The notes beneath the pieces are model-generated. The model made no database searches. It was not told the DNA's origin and saw only the letters and a list, made by a program, of their open reading frames with translations. From the NCBI GenBank assembly GCA_944320135.1, contig CALUGI010000010.1:3662-67661 (forward strand): DNA of 64,000 nt, read 5' to 3'. Below are positions 35,592 through 43,724 of the stretch, piece after piece. A program made the translations under genes and the position numbers. Origin of the DNA: an uncultured Phocaeicola sp. (GTDB lineage Bacteria; Bacteroidota; Bacteroidia; Bacteroidales; Bacteroidaceae). The stretch's first letter is position 1. Each line of letters starts with the position of its first letter.

Positions 35592-37655
35592 TCAGTCATT
35601 CATGTTCTCTGCCACGTAATAGTCATAAAGTGCTTCCTGCGAACGGAAAGGTTTCTCTTCCCCCTCGCCCCAGAACTTGTTTTCTCCGCGACCGTCTACG
35701 ATACGCCCCTGCATGGTATCCTTCAGCCCGTATTCTACAATTCGCTTCATCTCGTCCTTTATTTCCTGATTGTAGACCGGAGTAATCACTTCGATACGGT
35801 TGTCGAGGTTGCGCGGCATCCAGTCGGCAGAACCGATGAACACCTTTTCCTCGCCTCCGTTGGCAAACACAAAAATGCGCGAGTGTTCCAAATAACGGTC
35901 GATGATTCCGTGGATTCTGATGTTCGAGCTTATGCCGGGTATCCCCGTCACCAACGAACAGTTCCCCCGAAGCACCAAATCGATGTCTACTCCCGCCTGC
36001 GAAGCCTCATACAGCTTGTTTACCATAATGGGGTCGGTGATATGATTGATTTTGATTTTGATATAGGCGGGCTTTCCGGCCTTCTTGTTCTTTATCTCAT
36101 TGTTGATTAGCGCTACGAACTTGTTTTTCATCTCGTTCGGCGAAACCAGCAATTCCTTGAACTTGACGGGCGTGTACGGACGCTCGATAAAGCCGAACAC
36201 ATGGTCAACGTCTCTCACCAGGCGCGGATAAGCGGTCATCAGCATACAGTCCGTGTACATGCGCGCGTTCCCTTCGTGGAAGTTGCCCGTACTGATGCAG
36301 GCGATGTCCGGCCCCTTCTTCATGCCGATATGGGTGATTTTGGAATGCACCTTCAACCCTTCTACACCGAAGATTACCTTGATGCCCGCATCCTGCATCT
36401 TTTTCGACCAATTGATGTTGGAAGCCTCGTCAAAACGGGCCAGCAGTTCGATGCAGACCGTCACCTTCTTTCCATTCCGGGCCGCGCCGATAAGCGCCTT
36501 GACCACTTTCGATTCTTTCGCCAGACGGTAAAGCGTGATTTTGATGCTGTCCACCTCCTTGCTCACCGCCGCTTCCTGCAGCACTCGGATGAACGAATCG
36601 AAGCTATGATAAGGCACATGGATGAAGCGGTCTTTCTCCTGAATCTTGTGGAGCAGGCTTTCCGGTCCGTCAAGTTCCTTCTTCAAGATAGGAGGCCATG
36701 CCGGATACTTCAGGTGCGGACGGCCGCAATCGGGGAACTTCATCAAATCCTTGTGATTCTGATAGCGTCCGCTGCTGATTACCGTATCCATACTGTCGAG
36801 GTCCAGCTTCTTCAATACCCTTTTCAACAAGTCTTTCGGCATGTTCGAGTCGTAAATCACCCGAAGCGGCTCGCCGCGCTTGCGGCTCTTCACGCCTTTC
36901 GATATTTTTTGCAACGTGCCGGTACGCAAGTCATTGTCGATTTCCATCTCCGCATCGCGGGTAAACTTGAATGCGTATGCCTCATACTTTTCAAATCCGA
37001 GCCCCTCGAACACCAAAGGCAAGCAACACCGGATAACATCGTCAAGATACATCAGATAACTCTTTCCGTCATTGTCCGGAAGGCGCACGAAACGCCCGCA
37101 GATGTTGACCGGAAGTTCCAGAAAGGCATAGTCAGACACTGCTTTCTCGCCTTTCTTTACGGCTTTCACGGCAAGGTAGATGTTCTCGTCATTCTCATAA
37201 TCCAACAATTTGATGGCGGAGAACCATACGGGGATAAGGAACCCGTAGATTTTTTCCTTATAGAAAGACTGTATGAACTCCAGCTGTTCGGGAGTGATTT
37301 CCGTATCCGAAACCAAACAGATGTTCTCTTTGCGAAGATCAGCCGTCACGGTATGCACAGCTTCTGCATAATCCTTCAAATAGTGCGAATTGATTTTTCC
37401 GATTTGTTTGAGCAGCTTCTTCGCCTTTTCCCGCTCTTGCGCCGCCGACCTGTCCGTACATTCGGCAATACGGTTCTGCGTAGCGATGCGCACACGGAAA
37501 AACTCATCGAGATTGTTCGAATAGATTCCCAAGAAAGCCATCCGCTCCAGAATGGGGACATGCGGGCGGGAGGCTTCCTGCAAGATTCTTCTGTTGAAAT
37601 ACATCCAACTGACATCTCTCTCCAAATAAGGGTTTTCTTTTTTCTTCTGTGCCAT
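35592..37655 (-). CDS. ppk1: Polyphosphate kinase 1
   Basis: 687 aa with YLERDVSWMYFNRRILQEA..P.LERMAFLGIYSNNLDEFFRVR and HSKI motifs. Confidence 0.95.
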   Translation of the reverse strand: MAQKKKENPYLERDVSWMYFNRRILQEASRPHVPILERMAFLGIYSNNLDEFFRVRIATQNRIAECTDRSAAQEREKAKKLLKQIGKINSHYLKDYAEAVHTVTADLRKENICLVSDTEITPEQLEFIQSFYKEKIYGFLIPVWFSAIKLLDYENDENIYLAVKAVKKGEKAVSDYAFLELPVNICGRFVRLPDNDGKSYLMYLDDVIRCCLPLVFEGLGFEKYEAYAFKFTRDAEMEIDNDLRTGTLQKISKGVKSRKRGEPLRVIYDSNMPKDLLKRVLKKLDLDSMDTVISSGRYQNHKDLMKFPDCGRPHLKYPAWPPILKKELDGPESLLHKIQEKDRFIHVPYHSFDSFIRVLQEAAVSKEVDSIKITLYRLAKESKVVKALIGAARNGKKVTVCIELLARFDEASNINWSKKMQDAGIKVIFGVEGLKVHSKITHIGMKKGPDIACISTGNFHEGNARMYTDCMLMTAYPRLVRDVDHVFGFIERPYTPVKFKELLVSPNEMKNKFVALINNEIKNKKAGKPAYIKIKINHITDPIMVNKLYEASQAGVDIDLVLRGNCSLVTGIPGISSNIRIHGIIDRYLEHSRIFVFANGGEEKVFIGSADWMPRNLDNRIEVITPVYNQEIKDEMKRIVEYGLKDTMQGRIVDGRGENKFWGEGEEKPFRSQEALYDYYVAENMND

Positions 37656-37720
37656 AGAATCACTATTTTCTGCAAAATAAATGATTTTATGTTACAACAC
37701 GATTTCAACGGACGATTTTT

Positions 37721-38833
37721 TTACACAAATTCCTCCACCATATACATGCGCTGCCGGGAGCTTTGGGGAGCAAACCGTTCTATCTCGTTCAGAACGATGT
37801 ATTCGGCCGATTCGACCCATCTCCGGAACTCTTTATTGGGACGGTATTTGCCGGCAAAAGCAAGAAGGTTGCTCAGATTGAAGTTTCCGTCGACAATGCC
37901 CGCACCGTTCCGGACAGCATCGTATGCGTTGCATTCCTGCTCGATGTGGGCCGGAACCATCAGTATCGGCTTTTCCAGATACATCGCCTCGCACACCGAC
38001 TCGAACCCGGCAGTACTGGCGTATGCCCTGCAACCGGCCATCTGGCGAAGGAACTCCACATCGTCGAGCTGATAGAAGGAGAGAGTGTCGTCTATCTTCT
38101 TCACGGGTTCTTCTTCCCAATGGTCCCAAAAGAAACGGAGCGGAACGCCGGGATGCTTCTTGTGCCACTGCATGACGCTTTCGGAAAATCCGGAATTCAC
38201 CATATAGCCATGCACATAATCGCCCGGTCTGCTCTCTTGGCGGAACACGTCGGCACGGAGCAGAGGGGGCACCGCCGCGATGTTCCCGTCCTCCCCCATC
38301 GGGCTGAACGACAAGGCAAGCCGACGGACGGCCCCCAACGAAGTCATTCTGGTGAAAAGGTTCAGGAAGAACAGGCTGCACCGGTTCGTTTTCGGGAACT
38401 TGAAGCCCTTATGCAAAAACAGATATTGGTGCCCGATGCAGATTTGGGGCACTCCGGGACGCAAAAAGAAGTAGGCCAGCCCTGTAAGCAGCTCGTAGAA
38501 GTTGACCACCAGTTCGGCTCCCGTCTCCCGAATCCGGCGTTTGATATACACCATGCTTTCCGCATATTCGGGCACTTTCAGCAGGTTGTATGCCACGCTT
38601 CGCGGAATATCGGCTCTTTTATTGGCTTGTGTAGGAAGGAAATTAGGGCTGACGAACTGCTTGACAGGCGCATGAATGGAGCGGATGAAGAATCCCGGAA
38701 GGCGGCGCGACTCGCTTTTCCCCACCAGCACCTCCACCACTTCGTGCCCGTTGTTCCGGAGCAGCTTTTCCATCGTGATGGCTTGAGTGAGGTGGCCTCT
38801 GCCTTCCCCCTGAACAATGAACATGACCTTCAT
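37721..38833 (-). CDS. GT-B fold glycosyltransferase (MGDG-synthase/GT28-like)
   Basis: Start set to the ATG giving MKVMFIVQGEGRGHLTQAI (glycine-rich loop). This start overlaps the upstream stop as ATGA (38830-38833). Confidence 0.6.
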   Translation of the reverse strand: MKVMFIVQGEGRGHLTQAITMEKLLRNNGHEVVEVLVGKSESRRLPGFFIRSIHAPVKQFVSPNFLPTQANKRADIPRSVAYNLLKVPEYAESMVYIKRRIRETGAELVVNFYELLTGLAYFFLRPGVPQICIGHQYLFLHKGFKFPKTNRCSLFFLNLFTRMTSLGAVRRLALSFSPMGEDGNIAAVPPLLRADVFRQESRPGDYVHGYMVNSGFSESVMQWHKKHPGVPLRFFWDHWEEEPVKKIDDTLSFYQLDDVEFLRQMAGCRAYASTAGFESVCEAMYLEKPILMVPAHIEQECNAYDAVRNGAGIVDGNFNLSNLLAFAGKYRPNKEFRRWVESAEYIVLNEIERFAPQSSRQRMYMVEEFV

Positions 38834-39642
38834 GATGCAATAGGTATTAAAGGCAACACATTTTCGCTTTCTTTTTCTTCCGCCGCAACGCCTGCGATGT
38901 CGGAATAATAGACAACCTTCCATTCTCCCGACTCGTCCTCCGTCAGGGCCGACATGGTTTCCACCCAATCGCCGGAGTTCAAATAGTGGATGCCGCCGAC
39001 CATCCGGTTTTCAGGGCGGTGGATATGCCCGCAAATCACCCCTTCGCATTGGCGCGTGCGGGCAAAATCAACCAGCACGCGCTCGAAATCGGAGATATAG
39101 GATACGGCAGACTTCACCCTTTGCTTGACGGCCTGCGAAAGCGAATAGTAAGGCTTTCCGCGCTTCACCCGATATTTGTTATACTGGCTGTTGAGCCACA
39201 AGAGCAGCGTATAGCCGATGTCGCCCAATTTGGCCAGCCATTTCATCTCAGTAGTCACCTTGTCGAACACGTCTCCGTGGGTCACGAAATAATGCTTCCC
39301 GTTGCTCTCTAAAATGTAATCCTTCACAATGCTGAGGTTGGCCATCTGCAGAGGGGCCAGATTGTCTAAAAAATCATCATGGTTTCCCTTTACGTAGATG
39401 ATTTCGGTCCCGTGCTTTTCCATCATCTTCATGATGATTTTAAAGAAATGCGTGTGTTCTTGCTTCCATTTGCCGATTCCCGACTTCTGGAGATGCCATC
39501 CATCGATGATGTCCCCGTTCATGATAAGGCGCCCGCAATCCACTCTTCTCAAAAAATCGCTGATTTGGTTCACTTTCGAGTGCGACGTGCCTAAATGAAT
39601 GTCCGAAACCACGACGGTGCGGTAATAAGGTCTTCCTTCCAT
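38830..39642 (-). CDS. UDP-2,3-diacylglucosamine diphosphatase-like metallophosphoesterase (LpxH family)
   Basis: 270 aa with VVSDIHLG, NGDIIDGW, GNHD and GHIH metallophosphatase motifs. Confidence 0.75.
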   Translation of the reverse strand: MEGRPYYRTVVVSDIHLGTSHSKVNQISDFLRRVDCGRLIMNGDIIDGWHLQKSGIGKWKQEHTHFFKIIMKMMEKHGTEIIYVKGNHDDFLDNLAPLQMANLSIVKDYILESNGKHYFVTHGDVFDKVTTEMKWLAKLGDIGYTLLLWLNSQYNKYRVKRGKPYYSLSQAVKQRVKSAVSYISDFERVLVDFARTRQCEGVICGHIHRPENRMVGGIHYLNSGDWVETMSALTEDESGEWKVVYYSDIAGVAAEEKESENVLPLIPIAS

Positions 39643-39668
39643 ATCTATGTTTTTCTCTTAACGATACG

Positions 39669-39676
39669 CAAAAATA
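39669..39676 (-). promoter_or_regulatory. -7 promoter box for the LpxH-like/GT operon
   Basis: The minus strand reads TATTTTTG, a perfect match, 27 nt upstream of ATG 39642. Confidence 0.5.
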
Positions 39677-39837
39677 GCCCTCTGATATTACAACGATGTG
39701 TCTGACAGATGAATATGACGTTTCCGAAAGAAGGAAAAACGAAAGCCACCCCTGCATCGCGCAGAGATGGCCGAACGACTAAATAATATTGGCAATCTTT
39801 CTATTAAGTGTTTCAGAGCATCTTTCCTCCGTTGCGC

Positions 39838-40029
39838 TCAGGCGATGTCCTCGATGTAGAAGACAGAGTTGATTTCGTTGAAAAACTCTTCCGCCGCTTC
39901 CTCCAAGTTTTCAACGGCTTCCTCGGCCGTTTCCCCGAACGCGCAGCATTGTTCGTGATGCAGCAAGTAGGCATAATACTCGCCTCCTGAGGTGCATTCC
40001 ACCACATATCTGTTTCCAATCACTTCCAT
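39838..40029 (-). CDS. HicB-like / UPF0150-family small protein (antitoxin N-terminal-domain type), with no HicA partner
   Basis: 63 aa from ATG 40029; a GTG start at 40059 would give 73 aa. YYAYLLHHEQCCAFGETAEEAVENLEEAAEEFF fits the y.A.vp.lpGc...G.T.eEA..n..eAi pattern. Confidence 0.45.
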   Translation of the reverse strand: MEVIGNRYVVECTSGGEYYAYLLHHEQCCAFGETAEEAVENLEEAAEEFFNEINSVFYIEDIA

Positions 40030-40153
40030 TGTCGGTTCCTCCTTTGTTTTTGTCTGCACAAAAGTCGCGTTTTTATATTACAGAACGGTTTCCGGAGAGT
40101 TACTTTTTTATGAATCTGACGCTTTTCTTTTTCTGGAAGCCGTCGGCATGTTT

Positions 40154-40240
40154 TATAGTCCGACGGTCAGACCGTATAGTCCGGCTGTCAGACTATACGG
40201 TCTGTATATACAGTCTGTACGGTCCGGCAGCCGGACCATA
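40154..40240. repeat. Dense array of TA(T/C)(A/G)GTCCG and GTCAGAC-type motifs in both orientations
   Basis: tatagtccgacggtcagac (40154-40172) and tatagtccggctgtcagac (40175-40193) form a 21-bp-period tandem. They are followed by tatacggtctg, tatatacagtctg and tacggtccggcagccggaccata, the last containing the palindrome ggtccgg-cag-ccggacc at 40221-40237. Confidence 0.8.
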
Positions 40241-40264
40241 ACTTTTCAGGCGCAAACTTCCGTT

Positions 40265-41320
40265 TTACAGCCCGTTCAATATCTGGCGGTTTGCCTTGTC
40301 GACCAACGAATTGTCTAAAGAAACGAGATAAATCTGAGTGGTGGCCTCCGAATCGTGGCCCATGCCCTCGCTGATGACGGACAGGGGAATGTGCTTGCAT
40401 TTCGCGATGCTCGCCCACGAATGGCGGGCCACGTACATCGAAAGGTTGACGGAAAGGGCGGCCATCTTCGACACTTTTTTCAACCTGCTGTTCGCCAGAT
40501 GGAGGGCGTTCTGATATTGCCTCCTTACGTCCTTCTGCATGTCCGTGACGATGGGGAGCAAGTATTCCGTGGCGTTCTCGCCGTATTTGTCCACTATTTC
40601 CTGCATACACTTCTCCCACTTCACCACGAGCTGCTGCCCGGTCTTGCTTCTGCGATAGGAAAGAAGCCCGTCGCGCAAGTCCTTCTTCTTCAGATAGGCC
40701 ATATCGACGAACGACATGCCGCGAGTGTAGAAGCTGAACAGGAACATGTCCCTCGCCCAGTCGAGGGAGGGGAAGTCCGACAGGTCGAGCGCCTTGACGT
40801 GGCGGATGTCCTCCAACGGGATGGCCCGCTTCACGGTTTTGTCCACGCTCGTATATACATGTCTGAACGGATATTGCTGGCTTGCCAATCCCTTGTCGAC
40901 GGCCCGGTTGTAGGCGGCCCGGAGAATCCGCATGTAAAAAGAAACGGTATTCTTGCTCACCCCCCTTTTCTCCAGATAGGCTTCGTATTGCTGCATCAGG
41001 TCGGAATCCATCTTTGCCAGCGCAATGTCCCTGCCTTTCCGGAAACGCCGGAAGCTGTTCAGCGCGGCGGAATACGTCTCGCTCGTGCGTTCCTTCCCTA
41101 TCCGCTCCATGCCCTTTATCAGGCGGCGCATAAAGCTGAAAAGGGAAACGCCCTCTCCCGCCCCGGAAGAAGCCTTCCGCGCCGCAGGAAAAGAGCCGCC
41201 CCCTTTCCCTCGGACCGCATCCGCATCGCTCAGAAGGCAGTCCAATTTCTTCTCTATACGTTCCATACGCTCGCAAAGGCTCTCAATCATCCTGAGATTC
41301 AGGTTGTCTGTTTTGTCCAT
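40265..41320 (-). CDS. Tyrosine site-specific recombinase (phage-integrase family, Bacteroides type with an N-terminal SAM-like domain)
   Basis: 351 aa. SETYSAALNSFRRF...VSFYMRILRAAYNRAV marks the N-terminal domain. The catalytic region reads ARHSWASIA...GMGHDSEATTQIYL, carrying the R..H-x-x-R..H..Y signature elements. Confidence 0.85.
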   Translation of the reverse strand: MDKTDNLNLRMIESLCERMERIEKKLDCLLSDADAVRGKGGGSFPAARKASSGAGEGVSLFSFMRRLIKGMERIGKERTSETYSAALNSFRRFRKGRDIALAKMDSDLMQQYEAYLEKRGVSKNTVSFYMRILRAAYNRAVDKGLASQQYPFRHVYTSVDKTVKRAIPLEDIRHVKALDLSDFPSLDWARDMFLFSFYTRGMSFVDMAYLKKKDLRDGLLSYRRSKTGQQLVVKWEKCMQEIVDKYGENATEYLLPIVTDMQKDVRRQYQNALHLANSRLKKVSKMAALSVNLSMYVARHSWASIAKCKHIPLSVISEGMGHDSEATTQIYLVSLDNSLVDKANRQILNGL

Positions 41321-41512
41321 AGTCGTTAAAGTTTATTTTAATGGTGTCTTTCTCTGCAAAAGCCCGCACCGGAACGAAACAGATTGGAACGCTCGCTTTT
41401 TAAAGCCCCGCAAATCAATGGAAAAAGCCCAAAATGAGACACAAAACCAGCGATTGGGATATAATTTTATATAAAACTTGGAGTAAAAGTACCGATTCGA
41501 GAAAAAACTTTC

Positions 41513-41520
41513 TACTTTTG
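41513..41520 (+). promoter_or_regulatory. -7 promoter box for the lipoprotein gene at 41552
   Basis: TACTTTTG is a perfect TAnnTTTG, 32 nt before ATG 41552. Confidence 0.5.
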
Positions 41521-41551
41521 CAACCTGTAAATAAACTGAATCCATTTGCAA

Positions 41552-42961
41552 ATGAAATTAAGACTCTTGCCATTGATTGCGGCAACGATTGCGGCAACGT
41601 CAATAATCACTTCATGCCTGGACAACGACGTGGAGGAAATCGTTTACGACCCCAATAGCAGCATTACAGGCTTCTCGATAGGCACGCTCCATATAGACCG
41701 GATGGGAAAGGACCGGAACGGGCAGGACAGTCCCTACGTGGACACGCTCGACTGCTCCATGTATCCGTTCACCATCGACCAGATAAACCGCACCATCGAG
41801 AACAAGGATTCACTCCCGGTGGGAACCCATGCGGACAAGGTGGTGACCAACGTCACCTACGACAGCAACTACGGCATCCTTGCCTATCGTCCGAGAAACG
41901 CTGCCAACGACACGGTATGGTCTTCTACGGACTCTATCGACTTCACTGAGCCGGTGGAGTTCAAAGTCTACCTGTACAGCGGCTCTACGGGAAGCCCCTA
42001 CACGGTGAAGGTCAACGTGCATCAGATAGAGCCTGACACGATGTCGTGGGCGGACTTCGACGCTCCGGCTGAAGAACAACTTTCCCTGCAAACGTCGTTG
42101 TTTGCCGACGGAAGAATCTACACATTCGGCGAAGACGGAACGGGAAATTCCGTCGTCCGATACAACGAGATAAGCGACAACGGCACGCCGAACGGATGGG
42201 AAACGCTCACCTTCGACACGCCGCTCGACATCCGCCCGTATTCGCCCGTGTTGTGGAAAGAAAACATTTATTTCTTGTGCAAGAACACAGCCGACGAATA
42301 TTGCACCTTATATTATATGAATCCCGCCGACGGAAGCGCCGAACCTACGTCTCCACCATGCAGCAATGTCCTGCAACTGATTGCAACCGACGGAAACAGG
42401 CTCTATGCCAGCACGGAAGAGGGATTGGGCTTCTTCGACGAGAACCTTTCGTGGACAAAGGACACGGAAGAGGCTGAGTTTGCAGTGGACGGACGCATCT
42501 CGTCTTATTCCGAACCGTTGTCGTACAACGCGAACATCACGCGCACGGTCGTTCTCGGCTACAATCCGCTGGCATCAGACACCGCAGCCGTTGTCTACCA
42601 GCGTCTTTCCAGCGAAAGCGGATGGACCAGGCTCACCCAAAACCAGCCCATGCCCAATCTGAAGAACATTTCCATGATTCATTACGACGACAAGCTGTGC
42701 GCTTTCGGAGGGCCGAGTTCCAGTTCTACATCGATAGTGACAAGGCCGTTCAAGAGCTTCTACAGTTCTGACGACAACGGGCTTACCTGGTGGCCGGTGA
42801 CGGAGTGCATGTATTTCCCGGAGACGTTCAAGGAAGTCTATACGGAAGAAGGCAGCTATTCCGCAACGGTAGATTCGGACAATTTCATCTGGATTGTCTG
42901 GAACAACGGAAACCTCAGCCGAGGACGAATCAACCGGTTGGGCTTCGACCCCAAATGGTAA
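41552..42961 (+). CDS. Lipoprotein of unknown function with a C-terminal Asp-box (beta-propeller-like)
   Basis: The ATG at 41552 gives [22 protein letters not shown] (lipobox). An Asp-box/BNR motif, [10 protein letters not shown], lies near the C-terminus. Confidence 0.55.
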   Translation: MKLRLLPLIAATIAATSIITSCLDNDVEEIVYDPNSSITGFSIGTLHIDRMGKDRNGQDSPYVDTLDCSMYPFTIDQINRTIENKDSLPVGTHADKVVTNVTYDSNYGILAYRPRNAANDTVWSSTDSIDFTEPVEFKVYLYSGSTGSPYTVKVNVHQIEPDTMSWADFDAPAEEQLSLQTSLFADGRIYTFGEDGTGNSVVRYNEISDNGTPNGWETLTFDTPLDIRPYSPVLWKENIYFLCKNTADEYCTLYYMNPADGSAEPTSPPCSNVLQLIATDGNRLYASTEEGLGFFDENLSWTKDTEEAEFAVDGRISSYSEPLSYNANITRTVVLGYNPLASDTAAVVYQRLSSESGWTRLTQNQPMPNLKNISMIHYDDKLCAFGGPSSSSTSIVTRPFKSFYSSDDNGLTWWPVTECMYFPETFKEVYTEEGSYSATVDSDNFIWIVWNNGNLSRGRINRLGFDPKW

Positions 42962-42984
42962 ACCAAACGAAAACAACGCGAACC

Positions 42985-43716
42985 ATGTCATACAAGGACC
43001 AAATAGACAAAAGCCGCATCCCCGCACACATCGCCATCATCATGGACGGAAACGGACGCTGGGCGAAAGCGCGCGGCCACGCACGCACCTTCGGACATCA
43101 GGCCGGAGCGGAAACCGTGCATGTCATCACTGAAGAAGCGGCCCGATTAGGAGTGAAGTTCCTCACGCTCTATACGTTCTCCACCGAGAACTGGAACCGC
43201 CCGGTCGATGAAGTGGCGGCGCTGATGAGCCTGCTCATGGACTCTATCGAGGAAGAAACCTTCATGAAGAACAACGTCAGCTTCCGCATCATCGGCGAAA
43301 AGGAGAAACTTCCCAAAGACGTAAGGGAAAGGCTGGAACAGTGCATCCGGCGCACAAGCGCAAACACGGGAATGTGTCTGACGCTTGCCCTGAGCTACTC
43401 TTCCAAATGGGAGATTACGGAAGCCGTGCGGCAGATAGCGCGCGAAGCGGCGGAAGGCAAACTGAATCCGGACGACATTACGGACAAAACCGTCGACGCG
43501 CATCTATGCACAAGCTATATGCCCGACCCCGACCTGCTGATACGCACGGGAGGGGAAGTCAGGCTCAGCAACTACCTGCTGTGGCAATGTGCCTACTCGG
43601 AACTTTATTTTTGCGACACGTTCTGGCCCGACTTTGACGCGGAGGAATTGTGCAAAGCGATTTGTAATTACCAGAAAAGAGAACGCCGGTTCGGCAAAAC
43701 AAGTGAACAAATATAA
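42985..43716 (+). CDS. uppS: Isoprenyl transferase (undecaprenyl-diphosphate synthase)
   Basis: Start at [27 protein letters not shown], followed by [13 protein letters not shown] and RTGGE.RLSN.LLWQ motifs. Confidence 0.95.
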   Translation: MSYKDQIDKSRIPAHIAIIMDGNGRWAKARGHARTFGHQAGAETVHVITEEAARLGVKFLTLYTFSTENWNRPVDEVAALMSLLMDSIEEETFMKNNVSFRIIGEKEKLPKDVRERLEQCIRRTSANTGMCLTLALSYSSKWEITEAVRQIAREAAEGKLNPDDITDKTVDAHLCTSYMPDPDLLIRTGGEVRLSNYLLWQCAYSELYFCDTFWPDFDAEELCKAICNYQKRERRFGKTSEQI

Positions 43717-43724
43717 ACGAAGCA

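Noticed and set aside
39700-40193. A 9-bp inverted repeat (gtctgacag at 39700-39708, ctgtcagac at 40185-40193) flanking the HicB-like gene, considered as a possible inverton.
   Set aside because: A 9-mer match is expected by chance at roughly this search scale, and the flanks do not extend the match. It is mentioned only as context for the motif array.
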